From the NCBI GenBank assembly GCA_050008795.1, contig JBEKLX010000001.1, forward strand, positions 3,455 through 67,454: 64,000 nucleotides of DNA. Reading direction: 5' to 3'. The position numbers and the translations under genes are program-made. The notes under the pieces are model-generated. The model was given only the letters and a program-made list of their open reading frames with translations. It was not told where the DNA came from and did no database searches. The first letter of the stretch is position 1. Each line of letters starts with the position of its first letter. This document shows, piece after piece, positions 18,251 through 27,589 of the stretch. This DNA comes from Verrucomicrobiia bacterium (GTDB lineage: Bacteria; Verrucomicrobiota; Verrucomicrobiia; Palsa-1439).

Positions 18251-19219
18251 ATGGAACACTACCGCACAGTTTGGATCTCGGATTTGCACTTGGGAACGCG
18301 CGATTGCGACGCGGCGGGCCTGCTCGATTTCCTGAAACATCACGAGTTTGAGAAGTTGTATCTGGTCGGCGATGTAATCGACATCTGGCGCCTGAAGCGG
18401 GACCATTACTGGCCGCAATCGCACAACGACGTGGTGCAAAAAATCCTGCGCAAGGCGCGCCGGGGTGCGCGCGTCGTTTTCATCCCTGGCAACCATGACG
18501 AGTTCTGCCGCAACTTTTTGGGGTTCTATGGCAATATCGCCGTAAAACTCGAAGACGTGCACACCACCCAGCGTGGCCAGCGCCTGCTCGTCCTGCACGG
18601 CCACGAGTTTGACGCTGTCATCATGCACGCCAAGTGGCTCGCTTACCTCGGTGACGCGGGCTATTACCTGCTGTTGCGCCTCAATCGCCCACTCAACTTC
18701 CTGCGCCGCCAGTTCGGTTTTGGCTCCTGGTCGCTGAGCGCATATGTGAAACGTAACATGAAGAAAGTGATCAACACCATCAGCCAGTTCGAGGAGGCCG
18801 TGACACACTACACGAAGGATCGCGCCTTGGACGGCGTGGTGTGCGGCCACATTCACACGCCGGAAATCCGCCGCCGCCGGGATTTCGCCTACTACAACGC
18901 CGGTGATTGGGTGGAAAGCAGCTCGGCTTTGGTGGAACATCTGAATGGTCTGCTGGAATTGATCCACTGGCGCGCCAAGACCGCTGTGGAGGAAAACCGG
19001 CTTCCTGAGATGTCACGACCGATCGAGGTTGCCAATGATTTGATGGCTGCGTCGCTTTCACTTCACCCTGCCACGCGCCTGAAGTCTGTTTCGAATGCCT
19101 GGCGGCTTTCACCGTCCCGTAACCAACCTGCGGCACAGCCGACGCAAACCGGTGTCAGATTGCGCCATCATGATACCGGAGACACTGCGCAAACCGCTTA
19201 TTTTGATCGCGGAAGATGA
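18251..19219 (+). CDS. Calcineurin-like metallophosphoesterase, LpxH-like family
   Basis: Metallophosphoesterase motifs VWISDLHLG, LVGDVIDIW, GNHD and GHIH. An ATG at 18251 gives an N-terminus comparable to LpxH; the ORF track starts at a TTG at 18224. Confidence 0.65.
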   Translation: MEHYRTVWISDLHLGTRDCDAAGLLDFLKHHEFEKLYLVGDVIDIWRLKRDHYWPQSHNDVVQKILRKARRGARVVFIPGNHDEFCRNFLGFYGNIAVKLEDVHTTQRGQRLLVLHGHEFDAVIMHAKWLAYLGDAGYYLLLRLNRPLNFLRRQFGFGSWSLSAYVKRNMKKVINTISQFEEAVTHYTKDRALDGVVCGHIHTPEIRRRRDFAYYNAGDWVESSSALVEHLNGLLELIHWRAKTAVEENRLPEMSRPIEVANDLMAASLSLHPATRLKSVSNAWRLSPSRNQPAAQPTQTGVRLRHHDTGDTAQTAYFDRGR

Positions 19220-19595
19220 CTGCGATCTCGGCGAGTTGTTGGTTTTTAGTCTGCGGCGGCGCGGATACCGCGCGTTGGTGGCAACAGATGGCCGGGCGGC
19301 GCTTAATGCGGCGTTCGAACACAAACCCGATTTGATCCTCCTGGATTTGATGTTGCCAATCCTGCACGGGTACGAGGTGTGCCGCTTGTTGAAATCCAGC
19401 CCGGCGCTTGCCCATATCCCCGTGATCATCATGACGGCCCTTGTCACGACGGAGAACAAGGTCAAGGGATTCAAGCTCGGCGCCGACGATTATCTGACCA
19501 AGCCGTTCGCGATGCCGGAACTAATCGCGCGGATGAACGCGCTCCTGACCCGCCACAAACGCCGGAACGCCCCGGTCGAATTCGCCGATCTGTAA
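19170..19595 (+). CDS. Single-domain response regulator (CheY-like receiver)
   Basis: LILIAEDD...LILLDLMLP...ADDYLTKPF. Starts at an ATG inside the ORF-track extension and overlaps the 3' end of the upstream gene by ~50 nt. Confidence 0.7.
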   Translation: MIPETLRKPLILIAEDDCDLGELLVFSLRRRGYRALVATDGRAALNAAFEHKPDLILLDLMLPILHGYEVCRLLKSSPALAHIPVIIMTALVTTENKVKGFKLGADDYLTKPFAMPELIARMNALLTRHKRRNAPVEFADL

Positions 19596-19685
19596 CAAAC
19601 CCGACCTTGGTTTGTCACACGCGCATTCTAGTTTGCCGCTCGTTTAATGCAACGAAACACAAAACCAAAACGGAGGAGAGATCGA

Positions 19686-21167
19686 ATGAACCTGAGGCAT
19701 ATCAAGAACGGGGTATTGATCCTCGGCATCAGCGCCGCCCTGACTTGGAGCGGGGCCGCGCGCGCGCAGTCGGGCGACGCGTTGCTGAACAAGCTCGTCG
19801 AGAAAGGCGTGCTGTCGCAACGCGAGGCCAACCAATTGCGCGAGAATATGGACAAGGAAGCCGCTGAGACGGTGGAGAAGTACAACAAGACGAAGGTGTC
19901 GAGTTGGATCGACCAGATGAAGTGGTCGGGCGATCTGCGGTTGCGCGCCGAAGACATCTACTACGAAGACAAGTTGCCCCTGGGCTCGAATGGCAAGGCG
20001 CAGGTGCCCAACCCTGATCGGCTGCGTTACCGCGTGCGCGCGCGTTTGGGTGTGGAGACCGCCTTGGAGGATTGGGCAGATGTGGGATTGAGGATTGGCA
20101 CCGGTGATGCCGCCGACCCGTATAACGGACTGAGCCAGAACGCCACCTTAACGGATACTTTCCGCAAGAAACCCATCAACCTCGACTTGGCCTATGTGAC
20201 CGTCCATCCTCCGTCATTAGACTGGCTGAAGATCACAGGCGGCAAAATGCTCATGCCGATGTGGCATCCGGTGTCGTTGTCGCCAATGATCTACGATCCC
20301 GATTTGACGCCTGAAGGTTTGGCCGAGCAAGTGTCGTTCAAGTTTGGTGACAAGAATCAATACAGGTTGTTTGGCAACTTCGGCCAGTTCGCCGTAAAGG
20401 AATTAAGCGCGGACGAGAACGACGCCTACATGTTCGATCTGCAGGGCGGAGTCGAAGCGAAGTTCGACCCGGTGAAAATCACGGTGGCCGGCGGTTATTA
20501 CCTGACGGAGAACCTGCAAAATGTTGCGGCGGAGCCGTCACCGGGCAAGAACCTGCTGCAAGGCGGTTTTCCTGGCAACACGTTCGCCGGCGATTCGTCC
20601 AACAAGGGCAACAGCGTGGGACCGAAGCAGATCAAAACCGTTACCCTTGGCGGCCTGGTAATAACCAATACCGTCAACAATTACCGCGGCAACTTCGGCG
20701 TTCTGTATGGGATGGGCGAAGTCGCTTACACGGTCAGCCAAAAGCCATTTCTCGGTACTCCCTGCGTTCTAACGCTCGGCGGCGAGTACATGAAGAACCT
20801 ATCCAGCGTGTACATCCATGACCCAATCGATAACCAGACCGAAGCGTACGGTCTTCAAGTCGTTTTTGGCAGCGCCCAAAAGAAAGGTCAGTGGATGGTT
20901 GGCTATGAATACAAGTACCTAGAAGCCAACGCGACGCTGGACTCGATCACGGATGACGACTTTGGACCCTACGGCGGCACGGATCGCAAAGGTCATGTCT
21001 TCAAAGTGCAGTACTGCCCCAAAGACTGGTGGGTATTGGCGATCACGGCCTTCGACACGGAGAAGATTGATGGCAAACGGCTCGTAGGCGCAACGACTCA
21101 CGGACAACCGGGGTTGCCAGGTCATGACACGCTCCGCCTGCAATTCGACACAACTTTCAAGTTCTAA
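19686..21167 (+). CDS. Putative phosphate-selective porin (OprO/OprP-like) of the outer membrane
   Basis: Signal peptide (MNLRHIKNGVLILGISAALTWSGAARA), beta-barrel character and C-terminal ...FDTTFKF. Sits between phoBR and pstS; GGAGGAG RBS. Confidence 0.55.
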   Translation: MNLRHIKNGVLILGISAALTWSGAARAQSGDALLNKLVEKGVLSQREANQLRENMDKEAAETVEKYNKTKVSSWIDQMKWSGDLRLRAEDIYYEDKLPLGSNGKAQVPNPDRLRYRVRARLGVETALEDWADVGLRIGTGDAADPYNGLSQNATLTDTFRKKPINLDLAYVTVHPPSLDWLKITGGKMLMPMWHPVSLSPMIYDPDLTPEGLAEQVSFKFGDKNQYRLFGNFGQFAVKELSADENDAYMFDLQGGVEAKFDPVKITVAGGYYLTENLQNVAAEPSPGKNLLQGGFPGNTFAGDSSNKGNSVGPKQIKTVTLGGLVITNTVNNYRGNFGVLYGMGEVAYTVSQKPFLGTPCVLTLGGEYMKNLSSVYIHDPIDNQTEAYGLQVVFGSAQKKGQWMVGYEYKYLEANATLDSITDDDFGPYGGTDRKGHVFKVQYCPKDWWVLAITAFDTEKIDGKRLVGATTHGQPGLPGHDTLRLQFDTTFKF

Positions 21168-21281
21168 CGATTCCCATCGGTCGCCGTGGGGGCAAGCCGT
21201 TTCCTCCACCTCCGCGGCGACCGCCCCCCATCCGTCTCATGTGACGCATGCGGGGCGGGAAGTCACAGCGACGAAACTTGT

Positions 21282-21299
21282 CTGTAACATAACTGTAAC
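21282..21299 (+). promoter_or_regulatory. Pho box upstream of pstS
   Basis: CTGTAAC-ATAA-CTGTAAC, a perfect direct repeat at 11-bp spacing, ~35 bp upstream of the pstS ATG. Confidence 0.75.
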
Positions 21300-21332
21300 A
21301 TTCAAAGACTAGATAGAAAGAGAGGCAGAATA

Positions 21333-22181
21333 ATGAAAATGGACATCATCAAAACAGCAGCGGCAGTAGCCGCGGCAGTAGTTGTCACTGGCGCCGCTCA
21401 CGCGGCGAACGTCACCGTCAAAGGTTCGGACACGATGGTGATTCTCGGCCAGAAATGGGCCGAAGTGTACATGCAAAAGAACGCCGGCACGACCGTGCAG
21501 GTCACGGGTGGCGGCTCGGGCACGGGTATCGCAGCCTTGCTCAACGGCAGCACCGATATCTGCGACGCTTCGCGGCCAATGAAGACGGCCGAGATTGCCG
21601 ATTTCGTGAAGAAGTACAAGGTTCGTCCGCACGAGTACAAGATGTGCCTGGATGCCCTGTCGGTGTACGTGAACAAAGATAACTCCATCGATAAGCTGAG
21701 CTTCCCGCAGTTGGAAGCCATCTTCACCGGTAAAATCACCAACTGGAAGGAAGTTGGTGGCCCCGATGCGCCGATCTCTCTTTACGGTCGTGAAAACTCC
21801 TCAGGCACGTACGAGTTTTTCAAGGAGCATGTGCTCAACAAGAAGGACTTCGCTGCTGCCACCAAGACAATGCCTGGCACCGCCGCGGTGATTCAGGGCG
21901 TGGCCAAGGATGCGGGTAGCATCGGCTACGGCGGCATCGCCTATGGCGAGGGCGTCAAGGCCCTGAAAATCAGCAAAACGAACGACAGCGAAGCGATTGA
22001 ACCGACCGAAACGAACGTGCTTTCTGGCAAGTACCCCATCAGTCGCTACTTGTTCAACTATGTCAGCCCAATGGTGGACAAAGGCGCGGTGGCGGACTAC
22101 ATCACTTGGTGTCTCAGCGATGAGGGCCAGGCCGTCGTAAAAGATGTCGGCTACTTCCCGCTGCCTAAAAACTTACGGTGA
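21333..22181 (+). CDS. pstS: Phosphate ABC transporter substrate-binding protein
   Basis: 282 aa with a signal peptide and the PstS motifs GSDT and GGGSGTG. Confidence 0.9.
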   Translation: MKMDIIKTAAAVAAAVVVTGAAHAANVTVKGSDTMVILGQKWAEVYMQKNAGTTVQVTGGGSGTGIAALLNGSTDICDASRPMKTAEIADFVKKYKVRPHEYKMCLDALSVYVNKDNSIDKLSFPQLEAIFTGKITNWKEVGGPDAPISLYGRENSSGTYEFFKEHVLNKKDFAAATKTMPGTAAVIQGVAKDAGSIGYGGIAYGEGVKALKISKTNDSEAIEPTETNVLSGKYPISRYLFNYVSPMVDKGAVADYITWCLSDEGQAVVKDVGYFPLPKNLR

Positions 22182-23416
22182 ACGATACGACCCAAATTCC
22201 AGCGCGTAGCGTCGGGGCTGACAGCTCCGGCGCTACGGTTGTTTTGGGGGCGCCTCCTATTGGGGTCGCCCCGGATCGTTTCTCCACCTCTTTAGCGCGC
22301 CGTCATCCGCGCCGTTTTGAATCGCTGATCGAAAAGCTCATTTTCCTTGTATCTCTTTCGGCCATTTTGCTCATCTTCCTGATTTTCGCCTTTGTCGGTC
22401 GAGAATCGCTGCCGGTAATTTTCGGTCGGACCAACAACGCGCGAGCGAGAAAGCCAATTGCCGTCGCCGATATCTCCCACACTCCCCGGGTTGAACTTGC
22501 ACGGTATCTTGGCCTGAGCGAAGCCGAGTTGGCGACCTACGATGCCGCAACCGTGCAAACATTGGTCGAATTGAAAGCGCAGGAACTGGCGCAGAACAGC
22601 AATCCGGATTCGCGGATGAACACCACCAGTTGGCGGATGATGTTCCAACCGTACCGCTGGTTTGGATACAATAAGCCGGAGTTCATCTGGCAACCCGTCA
22701 GCGAGGTGCCGAAGTACAACATCGTTCCCCTAATCATAGGCAGCCTGAAAGCCACGCTGGTGGCGTTGCTGGTGTCGGTGCCGCTCGGCGTCGGCGCGGC
22801 GATTTATGTTTCGCAACTGGCCAACCCGCGCTGGCGCGAGTGGATCAAGCCGGCGATCGAACTGCTGTCGGGTATTCCGTCGGTAGTGCTGGGGTTTTTC
22901 GCACTGATTGTCATGGCGAGCGTCCTGCAAGGTGTACTGGGTTATACTTCACGCCTGAACGCTTTAGTCGCCGGGTTGGCGCTGGGCCTGGCAGTCATAC
23001 CGGTCATATTCACAATTTCCGAGGACGCATTGTCCAGCGTGCCGCAATCCTACCTGCATGCGGCGCTGGCGCTCGGGGCGTCCCGCCAACAGGCAGCGTG
23101 GCAGGTCGTGCTTCCTGCGGCATTGCCGGGCGTGTTCGCAGCGTGCGTGCTGGGGTTCGGACGCGCGATCGGCGAAACGATGATTGTCCTGATGGCTTCG
23201 GGCAACGCGACTATTGTTTCGGGGTCCATTTTCGATTCCTGCCGGACATTGACCGCCACCATTGCCGCCGAACTGGCGGAAGTGGTTTTTGGCGGCGATC
23301 ACTACCGGATCCTGTTTTTGCTTGGAACGCTGTTGTTTGCCGTGACGTTTGTGAGCAACCTGATTGGTGACGTCGTTGTACACCGGCTGAAAACACGATT
23401 GGAAGGGACAGGCTGA
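22178..23416 (+). CDS. pstC: Phosphate ABC transporter permease PstC (with an N-terminal extension)
   Basis: 412 aa with multiple TM helices and an EAA-like permease loop. Starts with an ATGA overlap on pstS. Confidence 0.85.
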   Translation: MNDTTQIPARSVGADSSGATVVLGAPPIGVAPDRFSTSLARRHPRRFESLIEKLIFLVSLSAILLIFLIFAFVGRESLPVIFGRTNNARARKPIAVADISHTPRVELARYLGLSEAELATYDAATVQTLVELKAQELAQNSNPDSRMNTTSWRMMFQPYRWFGYNKPEFIWQPVSEVPKYNIVPLIIGSLKATLVALLVSVPLGVGAAIYVSQLANPRWREWIKPAIELLSGIPSVVLGFFALIVMASVLQGVLGYTSRLNALVAGLALGLAVIPVIFTISEDALSSVPQSYLHAALALGASRQQAAWQVVLPAALPGVFAACVLGFGRAIGETMIVLMASGNATIVSGSIFDSCRTLTATIAAELAEVVFGGDHYRILFLLGTLLFAVTFVSNLIGDVVVHRLKTRLEGTG

Positions 23417-23422
23417 GAAGTC

Positions 23423-24346
23423 ATGACGCTACGACGCAAAGCGCTCGATTGGTCAGGGCTGGCGTTCACTGTCAGCACTGGCGCCGCGACCTTTTTGATC
23501 CTGCTGATGCTCGCGATCATTCTCGGGAACATCATTTGGAATGGCGCCGCGCAGATCTCGTTGCGGTTTATCTTCGGCGGAACAAGCGAAGGCATGTTCG
23601 ATCCGCAACGCGCGGGCATATTCCCGATGATTTTCGGCACGGCCGCACTGGTGTTTCTAATGACCATCGGCGTGGTGCCGGTCGGCGTGGCCACTGCTAT
23701 TTATCTGAATGAGTACGCGCGCAAGCAGTCCACGCTAACTCGCGTCATCCGTGCCGCGATCAACAATCTCGCCGGCGTTCCTAGCATCGTGTTTGGGTTG
23801 TTCGGGCTTGGGTTCTTCGTCCAGTTCGTCGGCGGTGGCATTGATCGGTTGTTCTTCAGCAGCCACCTGCACTACGCCAAACCTGCGCTGGTCTGGGCTG
23901 CTGCGACAATGGCGGCGTTGACCTTGCCCGTGATGATTGTCGCTACCGAAGAGGCGTTACGGGCGGTGCCGCAGGGACTGCGCGAAGCCAGCCTGGCACT
24001 GGGTGCGACGAAGTTGGAAACGGTTTTCAAGGTGGTTTTGCCGCAAGCGTTGCCCGGCATTCTGACAGGCGCGATCCTCGCCATCGGGCGTGGCGCGGGC
24101 GAAGTGGCGCCGATAATGTTCACTGGTGTGGCCTACTACCTTGCCCATCTGCCAAAGGGCGTGACGGACCAGTTCATGCACCTGGGTTACCATGTGTTTG
24201 TGTTGTCCACGCAGTCGCCGGATGTCGAGCGCACCGAACCGATTCTATTCGGCACTGTGCTGGTGTTGCTGGTGTTGACGTTCCTGTTGAACCTGTCGGC
24301 GGTGCTTGTGCGTGCGCGCTTGCGCGCCGGGCGGGTTGCCGGTTGA
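23423..24346 (+). CDS. pstA: Phosphate ABC transporter permease PstA
   Basis: 307 aa with TM helices and the permease signature ALGATKLETVFKVVLP. Confidence 0.85.
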   Translation: MTLRRKALDWSGLAFTVSTGAATFLILLMLAIILGNIIWNGAAQISLRFIFGGTSEGMFDPQRAGIFPMIFGTAALVFLMTIGVVPVGVATAIYLNEYARKQSTLTRVIRAAINNLAGVPSIVFGLFGLGFFVQFVGGGIDRLFFSSHLHYAKPALVWAAATMAALTLPVMIVATEEALRAVPQGLREASLALGATKLETVFKVVLPQALPGILTGAILAIGRGAGEVAPIMFTGVAYYLAHLPKGVTDQFMHLGYHVFVLSTQSPDVERTEPILFGTVLVLLVLTFLLNLSAVLVRARLRAGRVAG

Positions 24347-24361
24347 TTGGACGAGGGATTC

Positions 24362-25120
24362 ATGGACGAACCGATCTTCAAAATTAGAAACTTGGACTTC
24401 TGGTACGGCAAGGCGCAGGCGCTGTACAACGTCACGGTACCCATCGCGCCGAACCGCACAACGGCTTTCATCGGACCGAGCGGCTGCGGCAAAACCACAC
24501 TGCTCCGCTGCCTGAACCGGATGAACGATTTGATCGAACACGCGCACGCCGAAGGCGAAGTCAGGTTGCACGGGCAGGACATTTATGCGCCCATGGTGGA
24601 TGTCGTCGAACTGCGCAAGCGGGTCGGTATGGTGTTCCAGAAATCCAATCCGTTTCCAAAATCCGTTTTCGACAATGTCGCCTATGGATTGCGTACCCAA
24701 GGCATCACCAAGTTGGGCATGTTGGAAGATCATGTCGAGAGCAGCCTGCGCAGGGCGGCGTTGTGGGATGAAGTGAAAGACCGCCTCGACACCAACGCGC
24801 TTGGCCTGTCCGGCGGCCAGCAACAACGGCTTTGCATCGCACGCGCCATTGCCGTGGAACCGGAGGTACTGCTGATGGACGAGCCCTGCAGCGCGCTCGA
24901 TCCGATTGCGACAGCGAAGATCGAGGAACTCATCCAGGATCTCGAGCAATATTACACGATGGTCATCGTCACCCACAATATGCAGCAAGCGGCACGCGTC
25001 AGCGATTTCACTGCTTTCTTTTATCTGGGTAAGCTGATTGAATTCGACGACACGAAGAAAATCTTTACCAATCCCGCAATGAAACAAACGGAAGATTATA
25101 TTACCGGGAGGTTCGGCTAA
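24362..25120 (+). CDS. pstB: Phosphate ABC transporter ATP-binding protein
   Basis: Walker A (GPSGCGKTT), ABC signature (LSGGQQQR) and Walker B (LLMDEP). The ATG at 24362 is preferred over the ORF-track TTG at 24347. Confidence 0.9.
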   Translation: MDEPIFKIRNLDFWYGKAQALYNVTVPIAPNRTTAFIGPSGCGKTTLLRCLNRMNDLIEHAHAEGEVRLHGQDIYAPMVDVVELRKRVGMVFQKSNPFPKSVFDNVAYGLRTQGITKLGMLEDHVESSLRRAALWDEVKDRLDTNALGLSGGQQQRLCIARAIAVEPEVLLMDEPCSALDPIATAKIEELIQDLEQYYTMVIVTHNMQQAARVSDFTAFFYLGKLIEFDDTKKIFTNPAMKQTEDYITGRFG

Positions 25121-25122
25121 AC

Positions 25123-25779
25123 ATGGAACTGCATTTCGATCAAGAACTCGTTCAAGTCCGGGAATCACTGCTTCGCTTGTCGGCGCTCGCCGAGCAGAGC
25201 GTCGCCAAGGGACTCAAAGCGCTGGTGCAGCGGGATGCATCCCTCGCCCACCAGGTGGATGCGGACGACACCACACTCGATCAATTGGAGATGGAGATTG
25301 ACGAACGCTGCATCGAGTTGATCGCGTTGCGCCAGCCGAAGGCTCGCGACCTGCGCCTTCTCGTCATGACGATGAGGATTGCCACCGAACTGGAGCGCAT
25401 CGGCGATCAGGCCGTAAACATCGCGCACAGCGCCGAGGAGTTAATCAAGGAGCCGCCGCTCAAGCCCTTGGTGGACATCCCGCGGATGGCGGAAATATCT
25501 CAAGGCATGATCCGGGATGCACTTGATGCGTTTGTGTACGAGAAGCCCGATCTTGCGCGCCAAATCATCCAGCGCGACGCGCAAGTGGACCAGTTAAACC
25601 GCCAACTCCATCGCGAGCTGACCAGTTTTATGGTCGAAGACCCCGGCACTATTACTCGGTCTCTTAATCTCATGGGGGTATCGCACAACCTGGAGCGGAT
25701 TGCCGACCATGTGACCAACATCGCGGAAGAGATCGTCTACCTCTACGAGGGGCGCGACATCCGTCATCACCACGATTAG
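25123..25779 (+). CDS. phoU: Phosphate signalling complex protein PhoU
   Basis: 218 aa with duplicated PhoU repeat motifs (E..ID, RIGD...NIAE). Confidence 0.9.
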   Translation: MELHFDQELVQVRESLLRLSALAEQSVAKGLKALVQRDASLAHQVDADDTTLDQLEMEIDERCIELIALRQPKARDLRLLVMTMRIATELERIGDQAVNIAHSAEELIKEPPLKPLVDIPRMAEISQGMIRDALDAFVYEKPDLARQIIQRDAQVDQLNRQLHRELTSFMVEDPGTITRSLNLMGVSHNLERIADHVTNIAEEIVYLYEGRDIRHHHD

Positions 25780-26837
25780 CCGCTCAGCGCACGAATTACG
25801 CTGATCACCCAGAACACGCCTACAGCAACAAGTCCGGAGCACGGAATCGTCAGCACCCAGGCCCATACGACGTTGCGCGCCACGCCCCAGCGCACCGCAG
25901 ACATCCGTTGCACGGAGCCGACGCCGACTATCGCGCCGGTGATTACGTGTGTGGTGCTGACGGGAATGCCCAGTGCGGATGACGTGAAGAGCGATACAGC
26001 TGCCGCAGTTTCCGCGCACACCCCGCTGTGGGGATGCAGCTTGGTGATCTTTAAGCCCATCGTCTTCACGATGCGCCAGCCACCCGCCATCGTGCCCAAC
26101 GCTATGGCCAAGTGACACACCAAAACAATCCAGAATGGGAATTGCATCTTACCCGCCGCGAAAGCCGCCTGATCTTTTTGCCAAATACTGGCGTACAGTA
26201 ACGCGGCGATGATACCCATGGTCTTCTGCGCATCGTTGGTTCCATGCCCCAAGCTATAGGCCGCAGCGGAACCTAACTGAATAATACGAAAGTTGCGATC
26301 CACTTTGATGGGCGCGACCTTCCGCAACGCCCACAAAAGCAGAGTCATAAAAAGCAGCCCAAGCGCCAGACCGATCAGCGGCGCGAGAACGATAAACTGT
26401 ACAGTGACAACAACCTTCGCCGTGTGCAGGACGCCACTCCATTTCCCCGCGTAGGCGATGGCTGCGCCGCCGAATCCGCCCAGCAGCGCGTGGGACGAAC
26501 TCGTCGGTAACCCAACAAACCATGTGATCAAGTCCCAAATGATCGCACCGATTAGGCCGGCGAGAATCACGTCCACGGTCACGAACTCGGGATGCACCCA
26601 AGTGGCAACCGTGTTGGCCACAAATACGCCGAAGAACCACGCGGCGGCAAAGTTCCACCATGCTGCCCAGCAGACCGCCTGCAACGGGCGCAATACGCGC
26701 GTGCTCACTACAGTGGCGATGGAATTGGCCGCATCGTGGAAGCCGTTGACGTAGTCGAAGGCCAGCGCCGCCAAAAAAATCACCGCGATATATGGGTGCT
26801 GAAAGATCTGCGCTAGATCATGGAGAAACGCAGCCAT
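25776..26837 (-). CDS. pitA: Inorganic phosphate transporter, PiT family
   Basis: 353 aa with PiT signatures (GFHDAANSIATVVST, GHGTNDAQKTMGII). Convergent with phoU, overlapping by 4 bp. Confidence 0.85.
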   Translation of the reverse strand: MAAFLHDLAQIFQHPYIAVIFLAALAFDYVNGFHDAANSIATVVSTRVLRPLQAVCWAAWWNFAAAWFFGVFVANTVATWVHPEFVTVDVILAGLIGAIIWDLITWFVGLPTSSSHALLGGFGGAAIAYAGKWSGVLHTAKVVVTVQFIVLAPLIGLALGLLFMTLLLWALRKVAPIKVDRNFRIIQLGSAAAYSLGHGTNDAQKTMGIIAALLYASIWQKDQAAFAAGKMQFPFWIVLVCHLAIALGTMAGGWRIVKTMGLKITKLHPHSGVCAETAAAVSLFTSSALGIPVSTTHVITGAIVGVGSVQRMSAVRWGVARNVVWAWVLTIPCSGLVAVGVFWVISVIRALSG

Positions 26838-26838
26838 G

Positions 26839-27465
26839 TCAGGTCATCTTGACGATGATGTCTTGCATGACGTTGGCCACGTCCTCGCAACTGTCGGTGA
26901 CCCGTTCGAGCGTCTCATAGATGTCTTTCCACTTGATGACCTTGATCGGGTCTTTCTCGGTCGCGAACAACTCCGCCAGCGCATCGCGCAGAAGATCGTC
27001 GGCAGCATTTTCAACCTCGTTGATGGCGATGCAGTCGCGCAGAACCGTTTCGTAGTGCTCGGAGCTGTGCATCCCTTGCACGGCATCCTTCAACTTTTCG
27101 CAACCGCGCAAAACTTGTTTGGCGAGATTGATGGCGTATGGCGTCGGTTTGTCGATCTTGAAGAACGCAAGGCGGTTCGCTGTCGCCTGAATTAAATCAA
27201 CAACATCGTCCAACTGGACGCTGAACGCATGAATATCTTCACGATCAATAGGCGTGATGAACGATTTATTGAGCCGATCCATCGTCTTGTGCGTCACCTC
27301 GTCGCAGGCGTGTTCCACCGCCTCGATTTCGCGTGCCAACAAGTCGGCATCGGCATAGTTCTCTGTCATCCGTAACAGCAGTTTGGCTGCTTCCACGGAG
27401 TAATCGGCCGCCTGCTCGAAAAGCTCAAAGAAAAGGTGTTCCTGCGGTAATAATTTCTTCCACAT
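26839..27465 (-). CDS. DUF47 (PhoU-like, YkaA/TIGR00153) protein partnered with the Pit transporter
   Basis: Start taken at MWKKLLPQEHLFFELFEQAADYS... (ATG at 27465 with a GGAGA RBS). The ORF-track N-terminal extension is unlikely. Confidence 0.75.
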   Translation of the reverse strand: MWKKLLPQEHLFFELFEQAADYSVEAAKLLLRMTENYADADLLAREIEAVEHACDEVTHKTMDRLNKSFITPIDREDIHAFSVQLDDVVDLIQATANRLAFFKIDKPTPYAINLAKQVLRGCEKLKDAVQGMHSSEHYETVLRDCIAINEVENAADDLLRDALAELFATEKDPIKVIKWKDIYETLERVTDSCEDVANVMQDIIVKMT

Positions 27466-27589
27466 AGCGTTTCTCCAAACGGTTTTGTATCGGATTCCCC
27501 CGCCCTTGGCAACACCTCCTTGCGCCTCCGCGAAACGTCGTCGCCATGGTCGTCTTGCGCGCACGGCTTGAGCCGATTAGATTGTTGTT

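Noticed and set aside
19596-19685. Possible Pho box upstream of the porin gene (TTGTCAC ACGC GCATTCT)
   Set aside because: Only the first 7-mer resembles the consensus. The 11-bp phased partners do not, so it is too weak to call.
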